From positions 60,181,195 through 60,245,194 of the forward strand of contig CM074513.1 in NCBI GenBank assembly GCA_037379345.1: DNA of 64,000 nucleotides, given 5' to 3'. A program made the translations under genes and the position numbers. The stretch is from Perna viridis (taxonomy: Eukaryota). Positions 1-10,632 of this stretch are shown here, one piece after another. The notes under the pieces are model-generated. The model was given only the letters and a program-made list of their open reading frames with translations, did not search any database and was not told where the DNA came from. Within the stretch, counting starts at the first letter, position 1, and every line of letters begins with the position of its first letter.

Positions 1-1844
1 CTTATGGTAGATATTTCTATCACTTTGGTGACAGTGTGGAATTTCGAGTATAGAATATTACCGAACTTCAACAGTTTCAACTGAAAGTGATCAGAAATTC
101 GACTTTTTTTTGTGAATAAATATTCCCTGGAACTTAGATGTAGGATTCAATTTTGATTTCAAGAACTGTTTGCAAAGTTAACAAAAGGAAGTATTTTCTT
201 GCCATAATTCATGTGTATATTATACAGGTACATTGAAATTGGATGTATTAGTGAAATACAAGTAGTTATATGTATTCAATGGAAAGTGCATTTGAAAAAA
301 AGAAGTTTTGTGGCAAATTCTGTTTTAGCTGCATTCCAATGACTGGATCGAGGTGTTAATGGAATCATACCCTATAGGACAGGTACAGTGATCAATGTGA
401 TTAACACAACTTTTTATTATTGTGCTCACACTTAATATTGTTGTGTATACATATTTATTTTGAAAATAAAATGTTGAAAGAGTAATCAAGGGAACCAAGG
501 TTATAGCAGTAATCTTAATCAGTAATATTAAAAAAAGTGTTTTGTGATATAAGAAATCTAATTTGCAATATTAGAAAATGAATTTGTAATATTAAAAAAA
601 TCATTTTTTAAACTTAGAAAATACTCATTTTTGTCCTTTTTGGCTTGACATAAATGTCTTAAACATATCACATTTACACCAAATGCTAAGCTGCTTCATA
701 CCAAGTTATCTTAAGAACTTTCTGTAGTCATTTATGCAGATTTCCGAGAATGACCGGTCATATTTTTTTATGAAAGGAATATTGCCAAGAAATCGTTGTT
801 TATGGAATATTTTCTAAGATACCATACAAAAGTGGAGGAGTAATCATGTTTTGTTCAGCAGAAAAGGAAGACATCTTTTACACAAGTCATTAACTTTTCT
901 TCAAATTATATTATAAATAACTACAATATACAATGAAAAACATTTTTATTTTTTTTTAGAAAAATAAGAAATTCAAAGCGTAGTCTGCTATCCCAACTAA
1001 ATCGTTATTCACACGTATCCATCACATGTCAACGTTTCTGAGGTCGCCAGTGCGCTTGTTTCAATGTCGCCGCTACGTGAAAAAATTATATGGTTTAGAA
1101 AATGCGAAAGTGCGATGGCATGCGCGATGTCGATTTACTTCATTTATACTTCATTTCAAAGAGCATACATCATTTTACCTGAAAACTGCTGCGGGAAGTT
1201 ATCTGTCGGTAGCGTTTTGTTTTAATATTCGTTGAAATACGAGGAAACGCAAAAATACCTCATGTCAAGCAAGTTACGAGCCATGTAGATTTTTCAGACT
1301 TCCCGTAGCACTTAATGAAAAATATACATTTTCATATAACTACCATTAAAATTTGGATGTACAATTTTGTCATCTTCCCACTGCACTTTCGACATTTTTG
1401 TGGTCCGACCATGGCTTGATTGGTTCATTTTTAATCAATTACGCAGCGCAATTTTTGTCTGCTTGGTTTTTTCTAATTATTCCCCTTAGACCTGATATGT
1501 TATATATCGCTACAGTTCATGAAGTAACTGGTACTACTTGTCAGTTACTTTGGGTGCTTCTAGGGCTCCAGTATCTATTATTGCAGGAACTTGTAAATTG
1601 TCATGTCTTGTCTGGTCAGTGTCTGGAGCTAGAAGATTTGTACCTAATTAGGGGGAAACCAGTGTCATCATCTTGGGGATTCCCCAGATTGACCAGGATT
1701 TGGGTCAACCTAAACCTAAGATCACTACAGTCGAATACTACTCACTCCGATACTTTCGTGATTATGTTAGAAATTGTTGGAGTGGTTTGACGAAAATTTT
1801 TTTCAGTTAGAATCGTTTGAAATCTTTTCGACTATCGTTTGATT

Positions 1845-3051
1845 ATGGCTGCTGATAGACCTCGGCGAAATATCCCTGGAATTAACTATAAGAGTTTTTC
1901 AGAATATGGTTTTCCAGATGCTTCCAGTTTGAAGTCGGCTGAAAAAGAGGAGGTAACATGTAAATTTGGAGACATCGGAGATAAAAAAAAAAAACCCAAG
2001 TAGCATTAGGAAAAAGCTAGATCAGGCTATCAGCTTAGATCGATCTTTCAATGAAGATGACGGTAGTGATGAAGAGTCGGTACAGTTGAAGTTAGCCTTG
2101 AAGGCTACAGAGGTTAGAAAAAGAAAAACGGAACTTAGAGAAGAGCTCAGAAGAAGCAGTTAGAGTTACAGAAGAGCAAGGTGAGAATGAGAAATGTGTT
2201 AAGTCAAAGAATTCGTTTAAGACAGATTCTAAAGATATTTCTTTGAATGATTTAAGACAGTTCGAGTGATTGAATGCTTTGGTAGATAAAAAATTGTCTA
2301 AATTTGGTATTCTGGATCAGGATATTAATTCCAGTTCGTCATCGTCAAGTGATGACTCTCACAAAGGGGCAATAAGAAGTAAAAAGAAGTTTGGTAGATT
2401 TGAAATTTTTGCTAGTACGGATTCTAGCTCTGACAGTGATGATTTAAGATCTAAGAAAAAGAAGAAGAGAACAAAATCGGGTATAATAGCTAAGGCTTCC
2501 GACAAAGTCAAAACACAGTTGCTCTGGCCCCAGTCTGCTCTCCAGTATGCATTTGTAAACCAGTCTGTGTCGTTCAACGACTTGGACGTGAAGCAATTCG
2601 GTGAATTGGAAATAATCACCAGTAAGTGCTTTTCTGAGAATGAGCGGAATGGGCGTTTAAACTTGCTAAAAAGATTACATATTACAGCAATATATATGTA
2701 TGGAAAGGTTTGCTGTCTTTTTACGCGGCATGGTTGAGAAAAATTGAGTTGGGTCAGAAGTCTTGGGATGACGATCCGTCTTCTATAGAAGTCTTAATTC
2801 TTACACAGTATGTGCTTCCTAAATCAAAGATGTCTGTTCCTTTTTCTAAACCAGCAGAGAGTAATAAAGTTTGGTTTTGTACTTTATTTAATGGGAATCG
2901 TTGTACGCAAAAAGGGGCCCACAAGACTTTTATGAAAGGTCAGCAAAGATTAGTGCAGCATATCTGTGCAGTCTGCTTTAAAAAAGATAAAAACAAATTG
3001 TTTCATCTCGAATGCGACAGTTTTTGTCCTAATTTTCCTAAATCGGGATGA
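1845..3051 (+). pseudogene. Ngaro gag-like ORF1 (frameshifted)
   Basis: Starts MAADRPRRNIPGINY at 1845; Ser/Asp/Lys-rich middle; C-terminal Cys/His cluster ([22 protein letters not shown]); broken across ORFs 1966, 2270 and 2710. Confidence 0.7.
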
Positions 3052-3480
3052 CTAGCACCGAAATCGTTTTCTGCTATGAACCCGGAGGCCGAAATTTTTT
3101 ACCCGCATATCTAAAGTGGGTTACTCTTACATCAGATTCTTCCGTCACGAGTAACAATCTTAAGTTGGGTTCTGACAAGCCTATTGGTTCAGATTGTAAA
3201 GTTTGTCATGAGATTAACGAGTTGGACAAAGGCTGGTTTAATTGTTTAGATATTTTTTTTGCAGATCATGAACGTATTATGCTTTCTAAAAAGTACAATT
3301 ACGAATTCCTGTTTTATCGCGTTTAAATATCGATTTTTTCAAATTTATGTTGACAGGGTATGATGATTATGATGTGTGCACTTCTTTAGAATATGGTTTT
3401 CCGATGAAAATTCAGAAAAAAAATTATTCTGTTCTTTTCACAATGACAAGGGAGCGGTTGAGTTCCCCGACGATATTGAC
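3048..3480 (+). pseudogene. Ngaro RT N-terminal fragment
   Basis: GYDDYDVCTSLEYGFP followed by N(H)KGAVEFPDDID, resembling the GFP...NHxxA region that precedes DIRS/Ngaro RT domains. Confidence 0.65.
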
Positions 3481-3632
3481 AATCACAAGGGAGCGGTTGA
3501 GTACTCAGACGATATTGACAATTACAAGGGAGCTGTTGAGTTCCCAGACGATATTGACAATCACAAGGGAGCGGTTGAGTTCCCAGACGATTTCACAATC
3601 ACAAGGGAGCGGTTGAGTTCCCAGACGATATT
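3442..3632 (+). repeat. 39-bp tandem repeat, left part (about 5 units; AATCACAAGGGAGCGGTTGAGTTCCCAGACGATATTGAC)
   Basis: Units begin at 3442, 3481, 3520, 3559 and 3597; each encodes NHKGAVEFPDDID; the array is interrupted by the Polinton. Confidence 0.95.
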
Positions 3633-3781
3633 AGTGGTAGGATAATCACAATTCTGCAACACACCCCCTTTTCAAGCAGAAATCCTGCATAGGACCCCCA
3701 ATTTCGGGCTCCGGGGTGCAAACGGATCGTGAGCGAGTCAAGGATGCTGAAAAGTGCTGGGAGGCAAGGCATATGGGGCGT
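3633..3781 (+). repeat. Left terminal inverted repeat of the Polinton
   Basis: Reverse complement of 14098-14249 with a few mismatches and small indels. Confidence 0.95.
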
Positions 3782-3950
3782 GGAGGGTCTTTTCCGATGG
3801 GGGGATATCTCGTCGGAAAAGATTATTTTCTTGCGTCATTCTTAGTAAATTATCTCCCCTGAATTTGAATCAAAAATAGAATTTTTTCAATTTGTTCGCG
3901 CCATAGACTACGGAAAGGAGAAAGAATCGGCCAGATTACAAAAAATATGC

Positions 3951-4605
3951 TTCTGATGAATTTCAATAATTTTTGCCGGGGTCCGAAGACATGCAGGGGA
4001 AAATTTGCAAATTATTTTAGGTGATATGCAAATTTTCCCACACCTTTCCGAAGCAATTACTGGAATAGGGTAGTATAAATACCGCTCGAAAATTTAACTA
4101 GTAATACAGTGCACAATCTTGGTGATCAAGAAATATCACCATTCCAGCATTTAAAAATTGAATGGTATAAATAAAAAAATGCCATCCAAGAATCAAATCT
4201 GCGAAGATAGCAGACCAACCTCATCCCCCAAAAATCAGCAATTCTGCAATACCCCACTGAAAAGGAAGATGGGGCAAATTCTGATGAATTTCAATAATTT
4301 TTGCCGGGGTCCGAAGACATGCAGGGGAAAATTTGCAAATTATTTTAGGTGATATGCAAATTTTCCCACACCTTTCCGAAGCAATTACTGGAATAGGGTA
4401 GTATAAATACCGCTCGAAAATTTAACTAGTAATACAGTGCACAATCTTGGTGATCAAGAAATATCACCATTCCAGCATTTAAAAATTGAATGGTATAAAT
4501 AAAAAAATGCCATCCAAGAATCAAATCTGCGAAGATAGCAGACCAACCTCATCCCCCAAAAATCAGCAATTCTGCAATACCCCACTGAAAAGGAAGATGG
4601 GGCAA
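3951..4605 (+). repeat. Near-perfect 328-bp direct tandem duplication inside the Polinton left end
   Basis: 3951-4277 is repeated at 4279-4605; ORFs 4158 and 4486 start identically 328 bp apart; each copy has GTATAAATA motifs. Confidence 0.95.
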
Positions 4606-4629
4606 CTTTGCAAGGGCAAACCCGGGAAT

Positions 4630-5300
4630 GATGGACTTTACTCCCCCCGGCAAGACGATGCCGACCAGCCGATCGGGGGGAAATTTCGGGTGGTTGAGAC
4701 CATGGGGGAACTTAGGAAAATTACTAAGGAGGAAGGGGTGGTGGGATATAGCAGGAAAAATAAGGTCGACTTGGTGAGGCTGATCGAGTCGACCACAAAC
4801 CGGAAATTCACTCGCCGGGAAGTATGTACCAAGAAGCAGCTCAAAGAGATGGCGCGTCGGAGAGGGATCACCAACATCTCCCGGCTGAGGAAAGATGAGC
4901 TGGTTGAGAAGGTGATTCAGGGGCTTGAAGACGTCGCGGACCAGATCGAGGTGCTGGACAAGAGGGAGGCCTTGGGTGGGGTATTTGGCATAGTGATCAT
5001 CAAGCCCAAGATGCAACAGGACGTGGAGAATTTCATCAAGGTGAGCTGGGGGACCATCCGAAGCAAGATTTCCGAGGGGCTGGCGGGGTTGAAGATGGAG
5101 ACAATCATCCACGTGAGATGGTAAAGATCACCCCGGTGACCGGTGAGAATATATACGCCAACTTCGAGTACTTCACCACAAAGATTGAGCCTGAACCGGC
5201 GAAGGCTGGCGTAGACGGAATCGTGTAACTGCTGGTGTGCATGATGAAGACTACCTTCCAGAAGGTAGAAAGGGGCGAGCCCTCCAATTCACATACCAAA
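4630..5300 (+). pseudogene. Polinton ORF with two Rho_N/HEH-like helical repeats and a region resembling the pPolB N-terminus
   Basis: ELRKITKEEGVVGYSRKNKVDLVRLI and QLKEMARRRGITNISRLRKDELVEKV; then EALGGVF...LKMETIIHV-MVK; frameshift near 5118 and stop at 5226-5228. Confidence 0.55.
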
Positions 5301-5319
5301 GTCCTTCAGAAGCACGGAG

Positions 5320-6195
5320 AATGGGAGAGGCATCACCTTGCGCGAAGTGATCGGCCGGGAAAAGCTGAAGCATATCGTCACGCACCCGGAAGACTACGAG
5401 CTTGGGAGGCGATATATCAAGGGGAAGGTCGATCAGGATGCTCAGCTGACGCTCTTGCAGGATTACTTGGCCCGCACCAATGCCCTGGGTGAGTGCCCGA
5501 TGCGATATTACCAGCGCCATGGCTTTGGGAGGTACTGGTCCGACGAGAAGATCGGTCTCCAGAATATAAGCCGCCGCATCCGGCATACTCTCTGCGCAGA
5601 TCATATGATCGATATCGATATGAAGAATGCGCATCTGACTCTGCTCTCATGGTATTGCCACGAAAATGGTATCGAGTGCACGGGGCTCGACGCATACATC
5701 GCGGACCGAGAGAAGCTTATCGCGGACCTGATGGCCTACTAGGGAATAGATCGGGATGATGCAAAAACCTACCTGCTCGCCATCATCAATGGGAAGATCG
5801 TCAGACTCAAGCATGAAGCACGGACCTGGCTCAGGGACTATGATGGGGGAATGAGGCAGATCGTGGAGGAAGTGATCAAGCTGAATCCTGACTTGCATAA
5901 GCTTGCCTGCGAATCCAAGGAGAAGAGGGGGGCGGACTACAATATCGAGGGTACAACCGTGAATTACGTCATGTTCTCCCTGGAAAATAAGGCTCTGACG
6001 GCAGCCTTCGACTACCTGACCGAGCAGGAAATTGAGATGGGGCGCTCGTATTCGATGGGCTGATGATTCATAAGGGGGTTCCGCGCACCAGGCTGCCCGA
6101 GATTCTCCAAGGCTGCTCCCAGAGGGTGAAGGAAGCCATCGGGGCTGATATCACCGTCACGGTCAAGGAGATGGATGAAGGATACGATATCCCTA
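5320..6195 (+). pseudogene. TV-Pol (family A polymerase-related transposon/viral polymerase) domain
   Basis: FGRYWSDEKIGLQNISRRIR (PolA GR..LQNI), DIDMKNAH (motif A), RDDAKTYLLAIING (motif B), ALVFDGLMI (motif C); in-frame stop at 5740-5742 and frameshift near 6040. Confidence 0.8.
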
Positions 6196-6197
6196 CT

Positions 6198-7470
6198 GCG
6201 TGGGGGTTGACCATGGCTTCCCAGAGATATGCCCGGGCGAATAATCCCTACGTGCAAGACTTCGACCTTAGCAAGCCGACCAACTATCTGATGTATCTGG
6301 ACGCCATGAGTCGGCCCCTGCCGACCGGAGGATTCGAGTGGATCGACCCCTCGGAAGTCCCAGACCTCAGCACGCTCGGCGAGGATGATGAGCAAGGGTA
6401 TATCTTGAAAACGGATCTCGAATACAACAGGGAGCTCCACGATCGCCACAACGACTATCCCCTGGCGCCGGAATACATGGTGATCAATGGAGTCAGGAAG
6501 CTGGTGGCCAACCTCCACGATAAGCAGAAATACGTGGTCCACTACGTAAATCTGAAGAAATACCTTGCCCGGGTCTGAAGCTGAAGAAGATCCATCGCGC
6601 CATCCGATTTACCCAGAGCCCATGGTTGAGAAAAATACGGCTTGTAGGGCGGCGGCATCCACCACCTTCGAGAAGGACTTCTTCAAGCTCATGGTCTTCT
6701 CAGTATTCGGGAAGACCATGGAGAATATCCGCAATAGGGTGGACGTGCGGCTGGTCAATAGCGAGAAAGTCGCTGGGAAGCTGGTGGCCAAGCCCAACTT
6801 CAAACGCAGGACGGTCTTCAGCGAGGATCTGGTTGCCGTTCACATGTATCGCACCAAGCTGGTCTTCGATAAACCGATCTACCTAGGCTTCTCCATCCTT
6901 GATCTATCGAAGACTCTGATGGCCGACTTCGTCTACGATCATCTCAAGTCCCGGTATGGCGACCGACTCAGCATCTGCTACACGGATACGGATAGCTTGA
7001 TCTGCGATATCCAGACGGCGGACGTATATAAGGATATGGCGGAGAGCGTGCAGCAGAGCTTCGATACGTCCAACTATGCCCCAGACCATGTCTCCGGGAT
7101 CCAGACAGGAGTGAATAAGAAGGTGATAGGCAAATGCAAGGATGAGTGCGCCGGCCAGCCGATGACCGAGTACGTGGGACTCCGACCGAAAGCATACGCC
7201 TTCAAGATGGATCGCAAAGAGTGCAAGAGGGCTAAGGGCGTGATGAAAAGCGTTGTCGAGACTGATCTGACCTTCGCCGACTATAAGGAATGCCTTGACA
7301 CGAGCAAGGAGAAATACCGCTCGATGAATATCATCCGCAGCCGGCTCCACCAGGTTCTTACCCTAGAGACCTGCAAGAAATCCCTCTCCTCCAATGACGA
7401 TAAGCGCCACATCCTACCAGACGGCATCAACATCCTCGCGCATGGCCACTACCGAATCTCCCGCGACTGA
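6198..7470 (+). pseudogene. Protein-primed family B DNA polymerase, catalytic half only
   Basis: RYARANNPY..YLMYLDA(short deletion)MSRPLPTGGFEW, HNDYPLAPE, FFKLMVFSVFGKTMEN, YTDTDS, VGLRPKAY, DDKR; frameshift near 6580-6620; no exonuclease domain present. Confidence 0.92.
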
Positions 7471-7652
7471 GGTGGCCACCCCCAAACCCCATCCCCTCCA
7501 CCCAGAATTTCTCGAGGTCCATGGGTCTCGGTAAAATCTACCCGCTCCGCCGCCCTATCTGCACTTTGCAGGCTCTGACGGGTGCGGATGTCCATTCCTC
7601 CTCTTCGGCACTTGGCAGGGTCTGACGGGTGCGGCTGCCCATCCATAGATAA

Positions 7653-8024
7653 ACGAGCAGCATACGCATGCACGACGTGATCCTCCCCAACAAGCCCCTT
7701 ACCAATCTCGAGCTCGAGCGAGCCGTTAGGAAGCTGCACATTCCACACTTCAGAGGCGTCTTCATGCGCGACGACTTGCCGCCCAAGCCCCAATCGATGG
7801 ACTTCAGAGCGCTCAGGGGGAAAATGGATAAGAAGGCGAATAAATCAGACTGCCTCAACACCAACGGAGGGCTGGTGGATACGGTGCTAGATATGCGAAA
7901 ATATCCTCTCATCAACCTCCCACTCCCCCAGACCGACAACGATCCCGTCACCAAAGTCCTTTACGATCAGCTAAAGAATGAACTGGACGCCCTGAGGGTA
8001 TTCGTTGAGCTGAAGCAAGCGTAA
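7653..8024 (+). pseudogene. Adenain (C5) protease N-terminus joined by a deletion to a fibre/neck-like C-terminal fragment
   Basis: PLTNLELERAVRKLHIPHFRGVFMRDDLP is typical of Polinton protease N-termini, but no catalytic His/Cys follows; it runs into GG..LDM..INLPLP..DPVTK; in-frame ACG in TAAACG at 7653. Confidence 0.7.
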
Positions 8025-8076
8025 GAAGATCGCCTTTTTGGATGCTCATAAAGGGCATCCGAAAAAAGTCTCCCCT

Positions 8077-8935
8077 TTACTCTACGTCCGATTGCTTGAC
8101 CCATGAGTTGAACGATGCAGGGTAGCCCCGCCATTTGACGTAGATCTCTTTGAACCCATTCTTGGTGCGTCGTCGCAAGATCTTTTCGATGCGATAGACG
8201 TCTTGGTCGGTGCGCTGGAGCTCGGGCTCGTAGAAGGATCCCTGGATCTCTTCCTGGTTGAAGTCCTTGAGGCGATAGGTCGGTGGGTGAGTATTCAACT
8301 GATTCGAGACGGTGAAGACTTCTTCCGTCCAGCGGGGCGTATATCCCTTCTCGAAAATGCCTTTCTTCTTGGTGATCCGGACCTTATCTCCGACGCTGAA
8401 TCGTGGCGTCTGCATGGGCGGAAGGTCTCCGTAGAGATTCCAATAGACTTTTGCATGGTGCTCTTTCATGTTGGCGACGGTGGGGGTCATCTTGATGGAT
8501 CGATGCTTGGTGGTACTATACTGCCGGACGAGATCATCCAGGATGGGGAGGTAGGTGCGCGTTGAATTGGCCGAGAAATATTTGAACATCTTCTTCTTCA
8601 TGGTGCGATTCCAGCGCTCGGCGGCGCTCGATTTCTCCTCGTGGAGTAGAGCTCTCGACGCCATGCTTCCGGAGCAACTCCGTTGAATGCTCTGAAGGCA
8701 TCTCGCACCGTTGGCTCCCTTCTTATCCTTGAGCGACACCAGCCAACCGTACTTGGAGAAGAAGTCGATGATGCTCAGGATGAAGCGATGGCCTTTGTTG
8801 TCGTGGGATAAGGCGTTCATATCCACGAGGTCGGCGGCCCAGGTATCGTCCACTCCGCCGACGATCACGCGCCTCTTCTGAAGTTTACGACGGTTTGTGC
8901 AGCTCTTCTGCTAGTTGGTCCGACCAGCGCACTTG
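8077..8935 (-). pseudogene. Retroviral-type (rve) integrase with C-terminal chromodomain
   Basis: WSDQLAEELHKP..WAADLVDM..IDFFSKYGW..AERWNRTMK..KGYTPRWT..YRIEKILRRR..YVKWRGYPASFNSWV; the central DDE Asp region is damaged. Confidence 0.92.
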
Positions 8936-8997
8936 CTTCTTTTTTTAACGCCCATTCCGAACCGCGTCTTAGCGCCGATCAGGGGTCGGACGATTTT

Positions 8998-9426
8998 TCA
9001 ATCCATCCTCTCTAGTGCCGTGGGGTCGGTGATGCCGTCAAGCTGGTTGAGCATGGCCTTATCGCAGACAGAATTTTGCGAAGCCGTGTCCTTGTGCTTG
9101 GCATAGCAGAGATTGTGGTGATAGGCGGCCCGATCGACTCGATTGATGGGAATCGACCAGGGTTTGGGGGTGCCGTCTGCATTCAGACGCTTCTGGAGGT
9201 TGGTGCCTGGACCGGTGAAATTGTGGCCGGGCAGATGCATTTCGACCGGCAGTCGGTTGATGAGCGTATTCATGATCCCGGTGCCCTTGGAGGCGACGAA
9301 CTGAGATTTCCTCGATCCACTCACGGCGCAAAGTCCACCCCTCCGTTTCCGTCCATTGCTGGTGACGACCTCGAAGCGACTGAGCGTCTCGGTGGGTTTC
9401 TTTCACTTCAGGCAATATATCGTCAT
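8998..9426 (-). pseudogene. PLA2X (parvovirus-type phospholipase A2 domain) with an N-terminal zinc-ribbon-like segment
   Basis: MTIYCLK*KKPT..TSNGR..LCAVSGSRKSQF is in frame with HLPGHNFTGPGT..INRVDRAAYHHNLCY; TGA at 9403-9405. Confidence 0.85.
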
Positions 9427-9434
9427 TTATGTAA

Positions 9435-9645
9435 ATGGACGTTGACGACCTTTATTACCATGCTTCTGCGTCCGCCAGGAGCAATCACTTCCTTCTCCAA
9501 TAGCGATCGATTCGAGATCTGATCGTCGGCAAGTCGGACTGCGGCAAGATGACGCTGCTGAATAACCTTCTCCTACGCTCGGGGTGGTTGGACTACGATC
9601 GCCTGTACGTCTTTGGCAAGTCGCTCCACCAACCTATCTCCCAAC
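9435..9645 (+). pseudogene. Packaging ATPase (FtsK/A32-like) N-terminal fragment
   Basis: ATG at 9435; LIVGKSDCGKMTLLNNLL (degenerate Walker A), WLDYDRLYVFGKSLHQP; stop at codon 23; truncated by a deletion. Confidence 0.8.
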
Positions 9646-9661
9646 GTCTGCAAGCCGATCT

Positions 9662-10122
9662 GATGGAGTGTGGTGAATGCGAGTGTGCGTGCAGACATGA
9701 GGTGGAAGATGAGGCGTGCCCAAAATGCGGCGTGGTGTGGCTCGGGTATAGCTTTGCCCAGGATGACGTCGAAACACTGGGAAAGTATAATAGCAGACCT
9801 CGTCCCCCACCCCACCCCATGCGGTCAAATGACGACGAGAGGGCATCCATGCCCGCTTCCCTGTGGGGGAGGTAAAGACGTATGCCAGAAGCACTTCAAC
9901 CTCTCTCAGAAGGCACGCTGCCAGCGAATGCTCAAGACCGGAAAGATCTGCCTGAAGAATTGCCCCCAAGGAGCTATCGCTTGCCGCCGGCATGTACGCT
10001 CGAACGCTCCCCAGAACGCCCCGGAAAACGCAAACTCTCCCTCAAACGCTTCCCCGGACGCCTACGCTCTCTCACGCTCAGAGCGTATCGCGTGGGCAGC
10101 CAAGTACGACCGATGGTGGTAA
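9662..10122 (+). pseudogene. Cys-rich Polinton accessory protein (CxxC ribbon plus two C..C..CxxH fingers)
   Basis: MECGEC..CPKCG, then after a frame change CGQMTTRGHPC..CQKH and CQRMLKTGKIC..CRRH. Confidence 0.5.
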
Positions 10123-10182
10123 AGTCGTCTGCCTTTTCGGATGCTCCTGGGGATTCGAAAAGTCGTACGCATCCCTATAAAA

Positions 10183-10545
10183 ATGAGCGTCATCAAGATC
10201 ACGATCAAGGAGCAGCGCGATGCTCTGGCCAAGGAGATGCACGCTCTCAGGCAGAATATCAAGGCAAATAGCATGAGAGACCGCCTTGAGAAGCAGAGGA
10301 TCACACGTGACCTCACCAAATTTTTCAAGCCCGTGGTGGAAGCGCAGGAGAAGGCCGCCACCCAGATCACTAGAAAGATCGACGATATTCCTCTTGCGCC
10401 TCCAGCCCTTTTACCCCACTACCTCCCCAGTTTGCCGATCCACCACTGCCCATCCCTCTGACTACCGATACCATCCTCGGACCGCGTGCGCAGCACTATC
10501 TGCAGCTGAGCATGACCAATCAGGCTGATCACGTCTTCGGACTGC
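10183..10545 (+). pseudogene. Polinton hypothetical coiled-coil protein, truncated
   Basis: TATAAAAATG start; MSVIKITIKEQRDAL..LTKFFKPVVEAQ..; after a frameshift, GPRAQHYL..DHVFG. Confidence 0.55.
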
Positions 10546-10632
10546 TAGCTCGCTACCCTAGCGAAGCACAAGGGGAATATCCACAATCTCATCGCAGGCG
10601 CAGGCATCGCTCACGTGCGCTTCTATAGATAA

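Noticed and set aside
1026-1790. ORFs 1026-1235 and 1353-1790, and Ngaro terminal split repeats
   Set aside because: No protein motifs (one ORF starts at TTG); no convincing match to 25700-26200 by eye.
9403-9405. TGA at a Cys position as selenocysteine
   Set aside because: The element has many other stops and frameshifts, a second Cys is also mutated, and I see no SECIS; decay is the simpler explanation.
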